Source of the DNA: Cenococcum geophilum
Taxonomy: Eukaryota
NCBI GenBank assembly: GCA_050273025.1
Contig: CP158636.1
Span: 10,044,001-10,108,000, forward strand
DNA: 64,000 nucleotides
Direction of reading: 5' to 3'
This document shows positions 25,601 to 37,906 of the stretch, piece by piece. Position 1 is the first letter of the stretch; each line of letters begins with the position of its first letter. The position numbers and the translations under genes were made by a program. The notes beneath the pieces were generated by a model. It was not told the origin of the DNA. It saw only the letters and a list, made by a program, of their open reading frames with translations, and ran no database searches.

Positions 25601-26986
25601 ATACGGCGTAAGCGGCCTATAAGGGCTAAGTATAGTATATTATATTATCTAGGATCGTTAATTCCATATAGGGTCTATGCTTTTAGAGGTCACGCCTACT
25701 ATATATAGCAGTTATCCAGCTAACTATAACGTATAGGTCTAGTATCTAGGCCATTAGAGAATCTAAGAAAGGCCCCCCTAAATCGCTCCTTAAACTACTC
25801 TAAAAGGTCTAAATAGCCTACCTTTAAAGTATAACAGGCGGATATAAGCAAACGGCCACAGCTCTACTTAAGAAGGAAGCTAATATTCCCCCCCTATAAC
25901 TATATGTTAAAGCCGCTGTAATGTAAAGGGCGTAAAAGAAACGCAACTCTAATATTATAAAGTATATTAAGACACGCCTAAATAAACTATAGAGGGACCC
26001 TAGGGCGCCTTATAGGAGAATAAACTAATAACCCTAAAGTAGGGAAGATATATTAGAGAAACAGGTAAAGAAAGTAGAAGAAAAATAGTACTACTTTAGG
26101 GCCCAGGCCTATATAAAGGAGAAAGAGAAACGCGTAAGAGGCCAGTAAGGATAACAGTAAGAGAGAGAAAGGAGCTAAAGTAGAGCATAAAAGAACGCTA
26201 GAAAACTATCTACTGTAATATAATACTAGCTAGACCAACGCTAGAGAGGTATATAGAAGTTAAAGGTATAGAGGCTAACTAAGGTAAAAGGAACCCAAGC
26301 CGTAGCATAGTTAACGCTATAGGGGGTAAACACCCTAGGGCTCCGAGAAGGCCTAATAAAGGTAGAAAATATAATAGCAACGCTCTTAAGAATAGGAATA
26401 ATAGGACTAAAAGACTGGCTCTACTAGGTGGGTGTCCTAGTAGGTAGCCTAAGATATAAATATAGCTGGCTAAGACAGACACCAAAATACGTAATACTGT
26501 TATACCCCTTACGCACTAACTAAAAAGTAATACTCTTAGTAGCTAGTATAGAGAACTATAAGACACTGCTTTTAATATAAAAAGGCCTTAAGGCGGTTAC
26601 CTAGTAGCTTATTAGCTAAAATATACTAAACTAGTTCCAGGTTATAAAGGAAATAATAATAGAGGGTAGGAGGGCGAGTAATAGGCGCCCCCTAATAACT
26701 TTATAGTAGCAGAGTAAAGTATACAATACTAGCGCGTCCGTAGGCTAGTTACGGCAGCAGTGGTTCCCAAGAAGGTTAAAAAGTAAAGTAGTAAGAGCAC
26801 TATAGGTGACTCGTAGGCGCCTCGCAGGCGCCTTATAGGCGAGTCCCAAGAGGCGGGGAGATAGATTATGGGGTTTTCTTAAGTTAAGTCTTTCTTAAGT
26901 TAAGTTTTCTCCCTATATATAAATAAGGAGTAGTCCGCATAGGCCCAATAGGGATCCGAATTGGACGTTAAGCAATAAATTATTAT
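22609..26986 (+). mobile_element. Tad1-like non-LTR retrotransposon (LINE), RIP-inactivated, 5' region shortened or rearranged
   Basis: 14-bp TSD TATATATAAGTAGA at 22595-22608 and 26987-27000. RT motifs ALGLDRILNKALK (~24658), GSYRPITLKNTLSKILE (~24835), LDISGAYN (~25057), GIP..LPLSPILF (~25228), GFINN for FVDD (~25324). 3' end AATAAA followed by (TTA)n. Confidence 0.9.
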
Positions 26987-27107
26987 TATATATAAGTAGA
27001 TTAAGGCTATACCTACTATAAGAGTTAACGCCTATTAAACCTATATTTAAACTAAGCTTAAGCCTATTTTAGATCCTTTAGCTTATTAGAATTTGTAATA
27101 TTTCTTA

Positions 27108-27258
27108 TCCCTTGCAACGCTGAGATGGGCACGACGGTATCGATAAGGCTTAGCTAATAGGAAGCCCTGAGTTCTAATTCCCTTACGCACAGCTGAGCGG
27201 TGTTCCTCGCATGGGCTTATAATGTGGCCCAAGCGTCAGACCTCAGCGTTGCAAGGGA
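27108..27258. mobile_element. MITE (151 bp), TA-flanked, Tc1/mariner-like
   Basis: Perfect 17-bp TIR TCCCTTGCAACGCTGAG / CTCAGCGTTGCAAGGGA with TA on both sides; removing it restores the hAT reading frame. Confidence 0.88.
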
Positions 27259-27569
27259 TAGCTAGAGCTTGCCCAATTTGACCTTAATATACTAGCTATA
27301 TTATTTATAAGCGCTAAGTATAAGAGAGTATTTAGCTCTATAAAATACCTAGTTACTAATACTTGTAATCGCCTTAAAGCTAACATTATTAAAGCAAACG
27401 AGTGCTTAAAATCTTAGTATGGGCGCCTAAAACCAAAGGCCTTTAAGCAAGGCGTCAATCCTAACGTTAATAATTTATATAAGGAAGAGGCTACTGCTAA
27501 AGCTGCCGCTAAAGCCGCTGCTAAAAAGGATTCTAGTGTATAGGGTAATGTAGATTAGGAAGCTAGTGA

Positions 27570-27637
27570 AGGAGATGGGTAAGAAGGTGGGTAAGGAGGT
27601 GGGTAAGAAGGTGGGTAAGGAGGTGGGTAAGAAGGGT
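27570..27637 (+). repeat. 12-bp tandem repeat (aag(g/a)aggtgggt, about 5.5 copies) in the hAT 3' region
   Basis: Directly visible; probably a RIP-modified acidic E/G tail. Confidence 0.85.
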
Positions 27638-28420
27638 AGGGCGATAAGAGCGATGAGAGCCAGGAGGAAGACACTGTCAAATATATCGTTGTCGACGATT
27701 GATCGCAACTCAACGCCATGCCAAGCCTTACAATATATCAAATATCATCTGGTTGAACCGGTTCGGAGTTTCAAATAGGCTATTGGTTGGTTACAGAGGT
27801 CAAATTTGTAACCAACCAGACCAGTTATATCACTGCTCCCACGTCGCTGCGCCGACGCTGCGCGCCGTACACACGTCTCTGCGTTTGCTCTAGCAGTCTA
27901 TTGGCACGATCCTGATTGAACGCCAATAGTAATTGCTAGGTTCCCGGCCCCATCGCGTGGAGGTGCAGAGGCCGATTTTCATAAGGCCCTATTACATATA
28001 ATACCAATTTTAATATTTAAGTAATTTTAATATATATATATATATATTATAAGGTGGCAAGCTCTACTCCACTCAGCCAGCCTATAAACCAAAAAGGTAA
28101 GCGAGTAACTGGCGCACTTGCTAGGTCCGCTGCGTAGAACAATATATAAGGCTAGTGACGGTTGGGGACCAGACGCACAGGCCCGTTACCTGACATATAT
28201 TATTAGAAGTTAAAAGTTATTTATTAAGCCTTTAAGCCGTACTTTTACTACCTTAACTATAAAAATATTAATATTTAATATTTCAGTAAGCATAATCAGT
28301 ACCAAATACTGATAAAAACACTGGACTTCACAAACAGGATCCCGACATGAGATAACAAAGCGTCACAATTCTACACAATTCTAACATCATAAGGATAAAG
28401 AGTTAACGTGCTAGTCTAGA

Positions 28421-30284
28421 TCATATCTTTCCTTCCTTCTCTGCTTCCGCAACCGCAACGGGATCCTCGACACTGATCCCAAGTTCCTCCGCCACTTCTA
28501 TCTGCCTGATCGGCCCAGTAAACCACTTGCGTGCCCACAGAAGCCATGCAGTGAGGGCGAAAAAGAGGATAATCCCCACTGCAACTGGAGTATAATTGAG
28601 AGTCTGGCTAGTAACAGGGTTCGCCGTTGGCAAACAGAAGACGATAGCAATGAATCCGATCCAAAGACAAGAGATGAGGGCGACCGGCCGAGAGGCCATA
28701 CCCAAATTAAAAGGGCCCTTTTTGAAATTGCTAGGCCAGAGCAGACCGATAAGGATTGGAAGACCGTAAGAGATATACAAGCCAATAGTAGCTATAGAGG
28801 TTGCAGCGCTGAAGGCGACAGCGGATCCAAGAGATGGAATGGCAAGCAAGAATGCCAGGAATGCAGCTAGCCATACCGTATGGATAGGACACTTGAATTT
28901 GACATCAACCTTGTGAAACATCCCAGGGAGGCCACCATCACGAGAGAAACCGAACATCATCCTGCTGTTGGAGGTCAGGGAAAAGAGTCCGCAATGCCAG
29001 ACGCACAGGATAATCAGGGTCATGAGTACGATAGCACCATCCACTCCGAACACATCTATGAATATTTGTAGCACAGGTTGGCCGACGCTGCTGTTAACGG
29101 TGTTGTCAAAGTCCTGGATAGAAAATAGGAGAGATAGGAGGTAGAAAAATCCGAAGATACCCGAGACGATAATCGATGTCAGAACGCCTATGGGAGCGCT
29201 CCATTCGGCCTTCTTGGTCTCCTCTGATAGGTGGGCGGACGCATCGTATCCCGTTATCGTATATTGCGACAGCAAACAGCCACACACAGCCACATATGCA
29301 GGCGATGCACGCACGGACCACCCTGGGTCTCCCGTCCCATCGTAGAACTTGGCAAAAACAAATCGAGCAGATTGATGCGTAGGAGCTTTGGCTAGAACAG
29401 CAATTGCAATAGAAGAGACACCTAAGCTATGTAGTACAATCGAAGTGTTGTTCAAGTACTTCAGAATGTTAACGCCGAAAGTGTTAACGGTGCCATGGGA
29501 GACAAGAAGGGCGGCGTAAATGCCGAGAGTTCGTCCGGCAGTCGGTGTATACGTTCCCTTGACAGCGGCCAGAGTAGAGATGAGGTTGGCGCAACCAAAA
29601 GTGATTCCGGTAGTTACAGCGACCTGGCCAAGGAGGTTAAACCAGCCCGTCATCCTAAAATGATAACATAAATTTCGCTTCAAGTCTGCTTCTTTGGGGT
29701 ATAATTTACCAGGACCAGAAGGGAGCTTGAGTTTTTGGTGCTAAAATAGCTGACCAGAAATACGGGCCTCCACTGGTTGGCACAGCGGACACAATCTCAG
29801 CCATTGATAAGCCGATAAAAGTTGTCATGAAAGTCACTATAATCCAGCCCTAGTGGGAAAGACCTGTCAGACAGACTGTAATGAGAGCAACACATCTCCC
29901 ACTACTCACCACACTCATCACACCAGGTCCGCCGACTGTAAGATGTTAGTTAATTTAGTAATTCTAAGTAAAGAGATGGATTTTGGCGTACCTGTGAGGC
30001 CATAGGAAAACAAGGTTGTTATACCAGTAACGACGCTCTAGAAAGGAAAAGGCAAATTAGCATTTACATAGCATCGAGGAGCTCAGGTGTTGGTGTCGAA
30101 AATGTAGATAGTTTTGCGGAGATGCTTGGCTTACGATGATAGAGAATGACACGCCAAAATTGTGTAAGAGACTCCAACTCCTATTCAACTCCTGCTTGTA
30201 TCCAAGCTCCGCAAGCTTGTCTTCATCGTGGTGAAGGACTTCGGCAGCGTCGGCAACGCTGCTCCTACGACGAGAAAACGACAT
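28421..30284 (-). CDS. APC-superfamily amino acid/polyamine (GABA/choline-type) permease, multi-exon
   Basis: MSFSRR..LAELGYKQELNRSWSLLHNFGVSFSII; short exons including GGPGVM and AEIVSAVPTSGGPYFW; long last exon with TGYDASAHLSEET, FSRDGGLP and many transmembrane segments. Confidence 0.92.
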
Positions 30285-30976
30285 TTTTACCCAACCTAAC
30301 AGCACGCTTTGTTCCTATTGTGCCCTTGAGTGCCAAAGATGAAGGTGAGGGCCTCGAAGCAGACTATAATGGAGAAGAAGGCGCGATGAAACAGATGAGG
30401 TTGAAATAAGACGAGCCGGACACGCGACAGAGAGAATGCATGGTGGGATATTTGATCCAGATCCCGAGGCGCGATGCTACGCAGACTCCCGAAAGCTATC
30501 TTGGATACCAGCTGATAAGCGGGACAGGCCTGGTGGTTCGCAGCTCGGGGGAACCTAGCCAGCTAAGGTATACCAATGCGGAGCGAGGGAAGCATGACAT
30601 GGGGGTTGGGCGCCATGCCGACCTTCAAAAGGCTTATGAGCTTATCTTTTCGTAAAACTGCGATGAACCTCCTTCCCTAATCATTCATCGCTATCGCTGG
30701 CCCCCATTACCAGAGCGGCAAACCGCCTTGAAATGCAGGAACGTGGCAGCACGATCACGACAGCTCGGTCGCGAGATGGCAAGCGGTAGAAGACTCGGCC
30801 GGCTCGTGCACGATTTCTTGGCAGATTATATTACCAAACCTGAAGCTATATAAATTGCTACACCATGTTAAATTGAACTAAAATTTTTAGTAGTATATAT
30901 AGCTTAACTAGAAGCTTTAAATTAAATAAGCTAAAACTTAGTATTAGCGTTAAGGCCTTAAAGCTCTAAGTAAAAA

Positions 30977-32086
30977 CATTAGGAAAATGTTCGCAAGCTG
31001 AAATTCAAACTACATGTCAAGTAAAATTAAATACTGTCAACTACGTCAATTGGCTGCCAAATGGCTGTCGTTGATGTAGTTGACTTATTTGACGCATTTG
31101 ACATTTTTAACACGTAATTGGCACACTTAACACGCAATTGGCGCACTTAACACCGAACTTAATAACGTAGCTGACCGGGGAGCGAGCCACCCCACGAAGT
31201 GAGCCGCACAAGGAAATGCCTACCATTTTTAATTTCATAGCAAATTATATCAAAATCAAAAAGCCTCGGCACATTACACGATGCCAAATCAATCTTTACC
31301 CTCTCGTGAAGTTGAGACTACCATATAAGATATTATACAGGATCTCTCTTCTAGTGTTAAGCCGTCGATTCGGAAGACCGAACCCCGTTGCCCGCTTCAC
31401 CGCTCGCGCTATCTTTGATCCATCCCCTGTTGACGAAGTCTGGAGATCAGGGACGTTTGATTCCATGAACTTAAGCAGGCGAAGGCAGCGTTGAAGTCTA
31501 TAGAGAGGTTTGAAAGGGGTGACAGTCCGAAGGGGCTGGCCAAATTATTCGATGAGATAAAGCAAGCTTTGCACATAGCTGGGCAAAGTCTTTGTAGGGC
31601 GGAAGAGGCGTTATCTCAGGTGCCTCAGCCGCTTCGCAAGAAATTGGCGGTTACATAACCCAGCACGTACCCCCCCCGCGCGCAATCTGCGCAATTGGCG
31701 ATTTCGTTAATTTGCCTTTTTACTAATAAAACACTAAAGTCTTTTAAGTTCTATTATAGTATAGTACACGTATAATACAACCTCCCTAGGTAAACTTTTT
31801 ATAAAAAAAATTATTACGTATTTTTTTTTATAGCGTTGCTAGGGGGCTTAGAGCCTAAGCGAAAATAAGTAAAATCTGTCAAGCTGCACGCGGGTTGGCT
31901 GTGAAATGCGCCAATTGCGCAGGTTGCGCAGGCTCTGCGCGGGCTGCGCGCAGGCTGCGCGTCAAAAAACGTCAAATGCGTCAATGACATCAGTGGCGTC
32001 GACTGCAGCCATTTGGCGCCCAATTGACCTAATTGATTTTCACTTAATGGGTAGTTTGAACCCCAGCCTGTGAATATTTCCCGATG
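30977..32086. mobile_element. Non-autonomous TIR element (about 1.1 kb) with long imperfect TIRs and subterminal repeats
   Basis: cattaggaaaatgttcgcaagctgaaattcaaactac...caattggctgccaaatggctg...tgacgcatttgac at the left end is the reverse complement of 31968-32086. Inner gcgcaattggcg repeats occur in both orientations. No clear TSD. Confidence 0.72.
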
Positions 32087-32458
32087 AAGCAACCTCTTAT
32101 ATTTTTTAATTTAGAGGTATTAATAGAGTTAAGAGCTTCTAATTCCACTTCTAATGCCATATTTTATACGATAATAAAGAAGAACAAGGCGACTGAAAAT
32201 TTATTCGGGGTATGCCAAGACTTATTGCGATAAGATTTATCCAAAACTACCCTGGTAGCTGAGCTTCGTTCAATTAGAAAACCTTTCGAAGCTGTTTTCT
32301 CTTGGCGTTGGCAGTGCTAAGGCTTATTCACCACTTGGGATACAGGTGCTGAGCATTTTCAGAGTAACCCTCACAATTGCTAAGACCTTTACAGTGCATT
32401 TCAAGAATTAGCTTTGATTCTTCTACTCTTCAGAGTGGCTTTCCTTTTACGTCCCGAA

Positions 32459-33280
32459 TCAAAACTCTCGTTCAATGGGTCCAACTATGGCATTCGGGGT
32501 TTCCAACGGAATTAAGTGCTTTACTCCGGGGACCACGGAGAACTTCGTCGCATAATGGCGTTCATCCAACAGTTTCACCAAACCTTCTACCTTCTCCTTC
32601 GTCTCTACGATGTCATGTTCCCCAGCGAAAACTAAAACCTTTTGACCGTTACCACCAAGGTCCGTCGAAATATCTTCCCCTATAGCATACGTCGGCCAAG
32701 CCGCTTTCGCCCAGCGGTTTCCCTTCGAGCTGTCCTCGCACAAAATGTTGAAATCTTCACTTGAAAGATTCTTCGGTTCCGCAAGAATATTACTTATCGT
32801 CCAACTGATCGATTCAGCGCTATCGTAAGCGTGTATTTGCTGCTCTCGCATCTCTTCCGGCAATGCAAATGGTGTCGGCGGTGCCGGAGCTATCAAAACC
32901 ATTCCTCGCAATCCAGAGGGCTTTGAGGCAGCGACTGCTAGTGCGACTTTAGCCCCCATGGAGTGACCAACAAGGATAAAACCGTTGCGCGTGTGCTCCC
33001 CGAGTTGCTTCAGGACTTCCAAAACATCATCGGCAAGAGCTTGTATTGAATACGCTTCCGCACCGTCCGGCCCTTTGGAAAGACCCCAGCCTCGATGGTC
33101 CAACGCGATGGTAGTGTAGTTTGAAAGCGTGGTAGTGAGGTGGTGAAACGTTCTGGATGAACCGCCCCAGTAATGTAAGAATAGAAGCGCTGGCTTGGAG
33201 GATGAGATGGGCGGATCGATTAGTTGCAAGTGGATAGTTGTGGAAGGGGCTGTTTCGAGCAGCATATCTGTTGATGCCAT
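32459..33280 (-). CDS. Alpha/beta-fold hydrolase (Abhydrolase_1/6 type), intronless; start could be 33325 or 33265
   Basis: LHYWGG oxyanion loop, DHRGWG, nucleophile GHSMG, acid GEHD, His in GVKHLIPLE. Confidence 0.88.
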   Translation of the reverse strand: MASTDMLLETAPSTTIHLQLIDPPISSSKPALLFLHYWGGSSRTFHHLTTTLSNYTTIALDHRGWGLSKGPDGAEAYSIQALADDVLEVLKQLGEHTRNGFILVGHSMGAKVALAVAASKPSGLRGMVLIAPAPPTPFALPEEMREQQIHAYDSAESISWTISNILAEPKNLSSEDFNILCEDSSKGNRWAKAAWPTYAIGEDISTDLGGNGQKVLVFAGEHDIVETKEKVEGLVKLLDERHYATKFSVVPGVKHLIPLETPNAIVGPIEREF

Positions 33281-34274
33281 TTTTCTGGAATGAGCTTGCG
33301 TTGTACTGTAATTGAGAAATGACATCCTCTGTCCCTCAATCCTTTCACTTTATTTACGTGTCGAGTCTTAGTCACTTAAGCGCATACATAGTCGGCTTCT
33401 CCCCGCGAAAAATGATGGTTTAATGGTATTTGGAATATATCCTCGGCCGATTGGACTACGACCGATGCAACGTTAGTAATCAGGAAATTGAACAAATCTA
33501 GCGGTAAGATACTGATTCCAAGCTATAATTAGGATAAAGGATTACATTTCAGGAGAATTAATTGCTCCGTTTGATGGAATAGATAAGGGTTGTCCGCGGA
33601 ATGAATCCGTTGATGGCGGGAGGGCGAGAGCGGATGAACTTCCCATATTTTGCCGCACAGGAAGGTTAATGATCTCTCTGTATTAAGGCGTATATAGTGA
33701 CACGTTTATTCAAAGGGAAACACTTACTGTGCAGTTGAAAGCGTTATTCTCTAAATTTAGACAAGGTGTTGTCGGAAGAACCATCTACCATCCCGAAACA
33801 TGTGGGTGATAGGGCTGTATGGAAAGGTACGGTCGTTAGAATTACTGAAAGGTTAAAGCCTATTTACCTCATTGACTCCATACTTAATGCTACCAAAGCA
33901 GCAGCTATAGGGTTATTTCATCAATTAGGATCCTTGAGATTCTAGTATGGGTATCTACTGGTGATACACTTATGCTTATGTACTTGCACTTCTTTAACTG
34001 TAAATAAACCCGATATGCTGAAGACCGGAAGAAGTGTATTATATTTTAAGATAAGTGGTTAAATCATGCATGTGGACTTATTCTATTGAACGACGTGAGC
34101 GATTTGCAAAGTAGCACTGAATCAAGCCCAAATTTGAGCTTAAGAAGCAGACCAGCACCATTATGCTCCATTGCAAATAGTACATACAAGTCTATCTTTC
34201 ACTGAGCCATTCCAAACCATCCCAGCCAAGCTAAGGCTTGCCTTCTCCTCGTCTACCCTCATTCGGCCGGATCT

Positions 34275-35186
34275 CTAATTGACTTGTGTGCCATACCCTC
34301 TAATACCTTCCGCGAATGCCCAGCTCTGGTTCTCTAACTTCTCATCCTCCTTAAGGTCCACCCCTTCTTTCGTCACTACCGCAATCGAGTACTTATCCAT
34401 ACTCCTCGCATCTCGATAAAACAGGACTTTCATACATTCCTTGACCAGCTCAACTGCCTGCTCCTTAGTCACTTTCTGCACAGATTCCTCATCCGGGACC
34501 GTTCTCCGCAGAATAGGCTGCGCGAGATGCGCACCAAAGCCTGTCGCCAGTGTCGGCGATGCAAACGTTGTGCCTAGGAGATCTGCGCTCGCTAGGAATG
34601 GCTTCTGCTCTCCGTCTAGACCTACTACCAAAATATGATTCCAGAGAGGGTTGAAGTCGGAGCGCCGTTTGTACATAACTTTGGAGAGGTAGGTATGCAG
34701 GTTTTTTGCGTGGAGGGGACTGTCGGAAGCAGATGAGTAGTTCTCGCGGATGTCGAGGGAGTTGAGAAGTCGGTCAAGGTATTGCATGTCCGAGACGTCG
34801 CCGCCAAAGCCGACGATGACTTGGGAATTGAAGCGGCGGAGGCGCTTCACATCTGTGAATCGAGCAAGAGAGCCGTACGATGCTGTAGAGTAAGGTTATT
34901 AGGAGTTTGTTCTGCGAAAGACAAAATGGAACGGGTGCGTCGATGGCTATGTACCTAGGTTGTCGGCGGCGATGACCACACCGTCTTTGAATTTCACGCC
35001 TATGACCGATGTGCCAGTTACAACTGGCGATTGCGTATGCTGGTTTGGACCGGAGGTTTGGAGATGTGAGGAGTCGTAAGCGCCATATACATCGTCTCGT
35101 GGCTATGGTCTTGTTAGATGGTGAGAACTTTGGAACTGGATTGACAGGTTGCTTACACGGCCCCAGGCTTGAGGAAGGTGATTCAT
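34275..35186 (-). CDS. PRE4: 20S proteasome subunit beta7, two introns
   Basis: [94 protein letters not shown]. Confidence 0.96.
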
Positions 35187-35447
35187 GATGATTTGTCAGG
35201 GGTAGCTACAATTCTTAATTCGTATTAAAGGTCAAGGAAATCCGCAAATAATTTCAGTAAATACTAGCAGAGAGTTGGAAGTGTGAGGCAGCTGTGCGTT
35301 GATGGTCTAGCAAGGCAGCTTGGACGCAAAAGCTACCTAAACGCGGCTAGCGGCTAATTGCGCCAATGAGTAACCTAAGCTATCACCCATGGACTTTTCA
35401 ATAATATCACGGAGCCGTCTCTGGATTTCCGAATGGTATTCTATCTG

Positions 35448-36506
35448 CTACTGCGATATGCCTGGCGTTACTTCACCGCGATCTCGACCTTTTCGTCGAG
35501 GTGACCGTGATCTACTCCGAAATCTACTCCTTGAATCATCGAACCGTCCACCTCTCCGCTCAAGCTCCTTTCGCTTACTACTCTCCTGAACCATGGGCGA
35601 CCGAGTCCTCTCCCTGTCTAGTCCGGCCATGACTCTCTCAGCAGCACTACCTCGAGGGGCTTTGCTTCCAGGGGTAGCAGCTCTACTTGATACTCTAGAA
35701 CTAGTGGCAGGCACAAATTCAATTGCTTCTCTTTGCACCCTGGCTTGCTCTTCTTCCCTCTTCTTTGTAATGTCCTTTTGTGTTGCTGCTAGCTGCTCTA
35801 CGTATGCCCAGTCCGGAAAACTTGTTGGGACTGCAACGTCTTTCGAAAGGGTGGATGCATACTGGTCTGTCTCTTTGATACCCGCAAAATCCATCAACTG
35901 CTTTAATAAGCTGGGATTTCTCAAAGCTGATGACTTCTCAACCCTTTCATTGAAATGTACTCCTTGTTTCTTCAAATCTAGAAACCGCGCAAATTTCTTT
36001 GTGGGACCTGGAGGGGGGGATCCAGGCGGCGATGGAGGGATTTCGAAATTGGGAATTGGAGGGAGTGTGAGGTTTCGAACCGCCAGCCGTGCAGAAGAGT
36101 ATGGCGATTGGGGCACAGAACCAGAGCCATCCGGAGATAATCCAGGTGGTGGTGTGACGGAAGGATCTAGTGTTGGACCTATTGCTGGGCCTTCAGTCTT
36201 AGGTTGTGCTTCGGCTCGATCAGGTTGTAATAATGGACCTGGAGGTGGACCCGTGAGATTCGGAGTATCGTCTGTATTCGAAATTCAGCATTACATAATA
36301 CTATGTGAACATAATTAACTTACTACTTTGCTTTTGAGTGGAATCCGTAATGGCTTGCTGGTTACTCGTGCTTGTCTAAAGTCTGGTCTATTAGTAGCTA
36401 TCCGGCCTTCGATGGCAACATTCTGCTTCATTGGGGCTCTTACCCGATGGATGACAGGCGCGGCAACATCCTCCTCATCGCTACTCTCGTAGTTTAGTCC
36501 CAGCAT
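35448..36506 (-). CDS. HCNGP-like (SAP30-binding protein family) protein, intron-containing 5' end
   Basis: Start MLGLNYESSDEE; core KFARFLDLKKQGVHFN..SSALRNPSLLKQLMDFAGI..QYASTL..FPDWAYVEQL; IEFV motif; RS-rich tail. Confidence 0.85.
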
Positions 36507-36727
36507 TGTTGCAGTCTAGCGAAGAGCGCGAGTCTTCTGCTGGTGAATCTTGATCCGAGATTCATTAAACGCGCGCTTATATAGCCTTGGCATTGAGCAG
36601 GCAACCCAAGCTTCCGCGTCAACTCCAGAGCTTCCTTCACCTGTATACCCCATAAGGACAGATCTAAACCTTCCTCTACCTCATACCCTAAGTTCTTCTA
36701 CTGAACGATACGTTCTCTCTTCCCACA

Positions 36728-37572
36728 ATGGCCTCTGTCTTCTCCGGAGCACCGCCAATGAGCGGCCCAGGCTATTCCTTCAAACAAACGCCCACGGTCG
36801 CCTCTTCTGGCAATAGAGAGCATAGCTTCTATCCGTAAAGCACTCTTTCAGCTCCTTCGTCTACTTCTCGACTAACTCTCCCAGCTATACTGATAACGGC
36901 GGCTCCACCCTAGGCATCTCCGGTGCCGACTTCACCATCCTAGCTGGCGACACCCGCTCAACATCTGGCTACAACATCAACACACGCTACGCACCGAAGC
37001 TATTCAAGATTGGTGGCGAAGGCCCAGATGGTGCAGGTGCCCGCATCGTGCTATCGGTCGTCGGCTTCGCCGCCGACGGCGATGCCCTGAAGGAGCGCCT
37101 CGACACCATCGTCAAGATGTACAAGTACCAGCACGGCAAGCCTATGTCGGTCGCCGCGTGCGCCCAGCGCCTCTCGCATATCCTGTACAATAAACGCTTC
37201 TTCCCATACTACGTACATGCGATCTTGGGTGGGTTAGATGAGGAGGGCCGTGGAGCCTTGTACTCGTATGATCCGGTGGGTAGCTATGAGCGTGAGCAGT
37301 GCAGAGCGGCGGGCGCTGCGGCGAGCTTGATCATGCCGTTTTTAGATAACCAGGTCAACTTCAAGAATCAGTATATGCCGGGCAGCGGGGTGGGACATGC
37401 ACTAGAGCAGCGGGTGCCGGAGCCGTTACCGAAGAAGGATGTAGAGGAACTAGTGAGGGATGCGTTCACAAGTGCCGTGGAGAGGCATATCGAGGTGGGC
37501 GACGGGTTACAGATGATGATTATTACCAAGGATGGAATCTACGAGACATTCAACAAGTTGAAGGAGGACTAA
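36728..37572 (+). CDS. PRE7: 20S proteasome subunit beta6, one intron (~36835-36884)
   Basis: EHSFYP/YTDNGGSTLGISGADFTILAGDTR..KRFFPYY..YSYDPVGSYERE..LIMPFLDNQV..DAFTSAVERHIEVGDGL. Confidence 0.96.
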
Positions 37573-37906
37573 AGAGGGTCTGTTGGGCGAAGGTATGGAC
37601 AGGCATTGTATACTTATTTAGTTATGCTAGGGCGTGATAGCGAGCATATAGAATTTACTGGCCCATTGCTCCAACTCTGGCTTAATTTAATTTTACGAGA
37701 CTAAATTATTATTCACAAAACCAGCGTGCGTAGTGTTCTAGAATCATTTTATTGCATCGAGGGAATACGTATGATTCATACAACACGAACGATAGTGTTA
37801 TTATGCATTATTCCCATAACCTATAACATCCTAAATTCAAGCGAGTGATGAACGTCACAACCACAGGGTATATATCATTTCCTCAGAACACCAATCACAC
37901 CAGAGC

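Larger units (their letters stand above)
22385..27835 (+). mobile_element. hAT DNA transposon, 3' part, interrupted by a LINE and a MITE
   Basis: KK(W)A(W)F.. at 22385. hAT dimerisation motif LELAQFDLNILAILFISAKYKRVFSSIKYLVTNTCNRLKANIIKANECLKS (de-RIP SAECERVFS..RNRL..DIIEA.ECLKSW) at 27262-27415. Ends ...atatcactg (CAGTG-type TIR) at 27835. Confidence 0.8.

Noticed and set aside
27132..27147. CGACGGTATCGATAAG, identical to part of the pBluescript polylinker
   Set aside because: Neighbouring polylinker sites are absent, and the motif lies inside a TIR-bounded MITE and recurs in the related MITE at ~50167, so it is not vector contamination.
1..27835. Starship or other giant cargo element
   Set aside because: No DUF3435 tyrosine-recombinase captain or cargo genes seen; the block is explained by nested conventional TEs.
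2366..27893. Short ORFs listed in the AT-rich block
   Set aside because: Chance frames in RIP-degraded transposons; biased to I/L/Y/K and not independent genes.
32459..33280. Alpha/beta hydrolase as part of the oxylipin module
   Set aside because: Separated from ppo by three housekeeping genes, and it has a Ser nucleophile (GHSMG) rather than the Asp of epoxide hydrolases.
35593..36318. 241-aa plus-strand ORF
   Set aside because: Antisense shadow of the HCNGP gene; no motif of its own.
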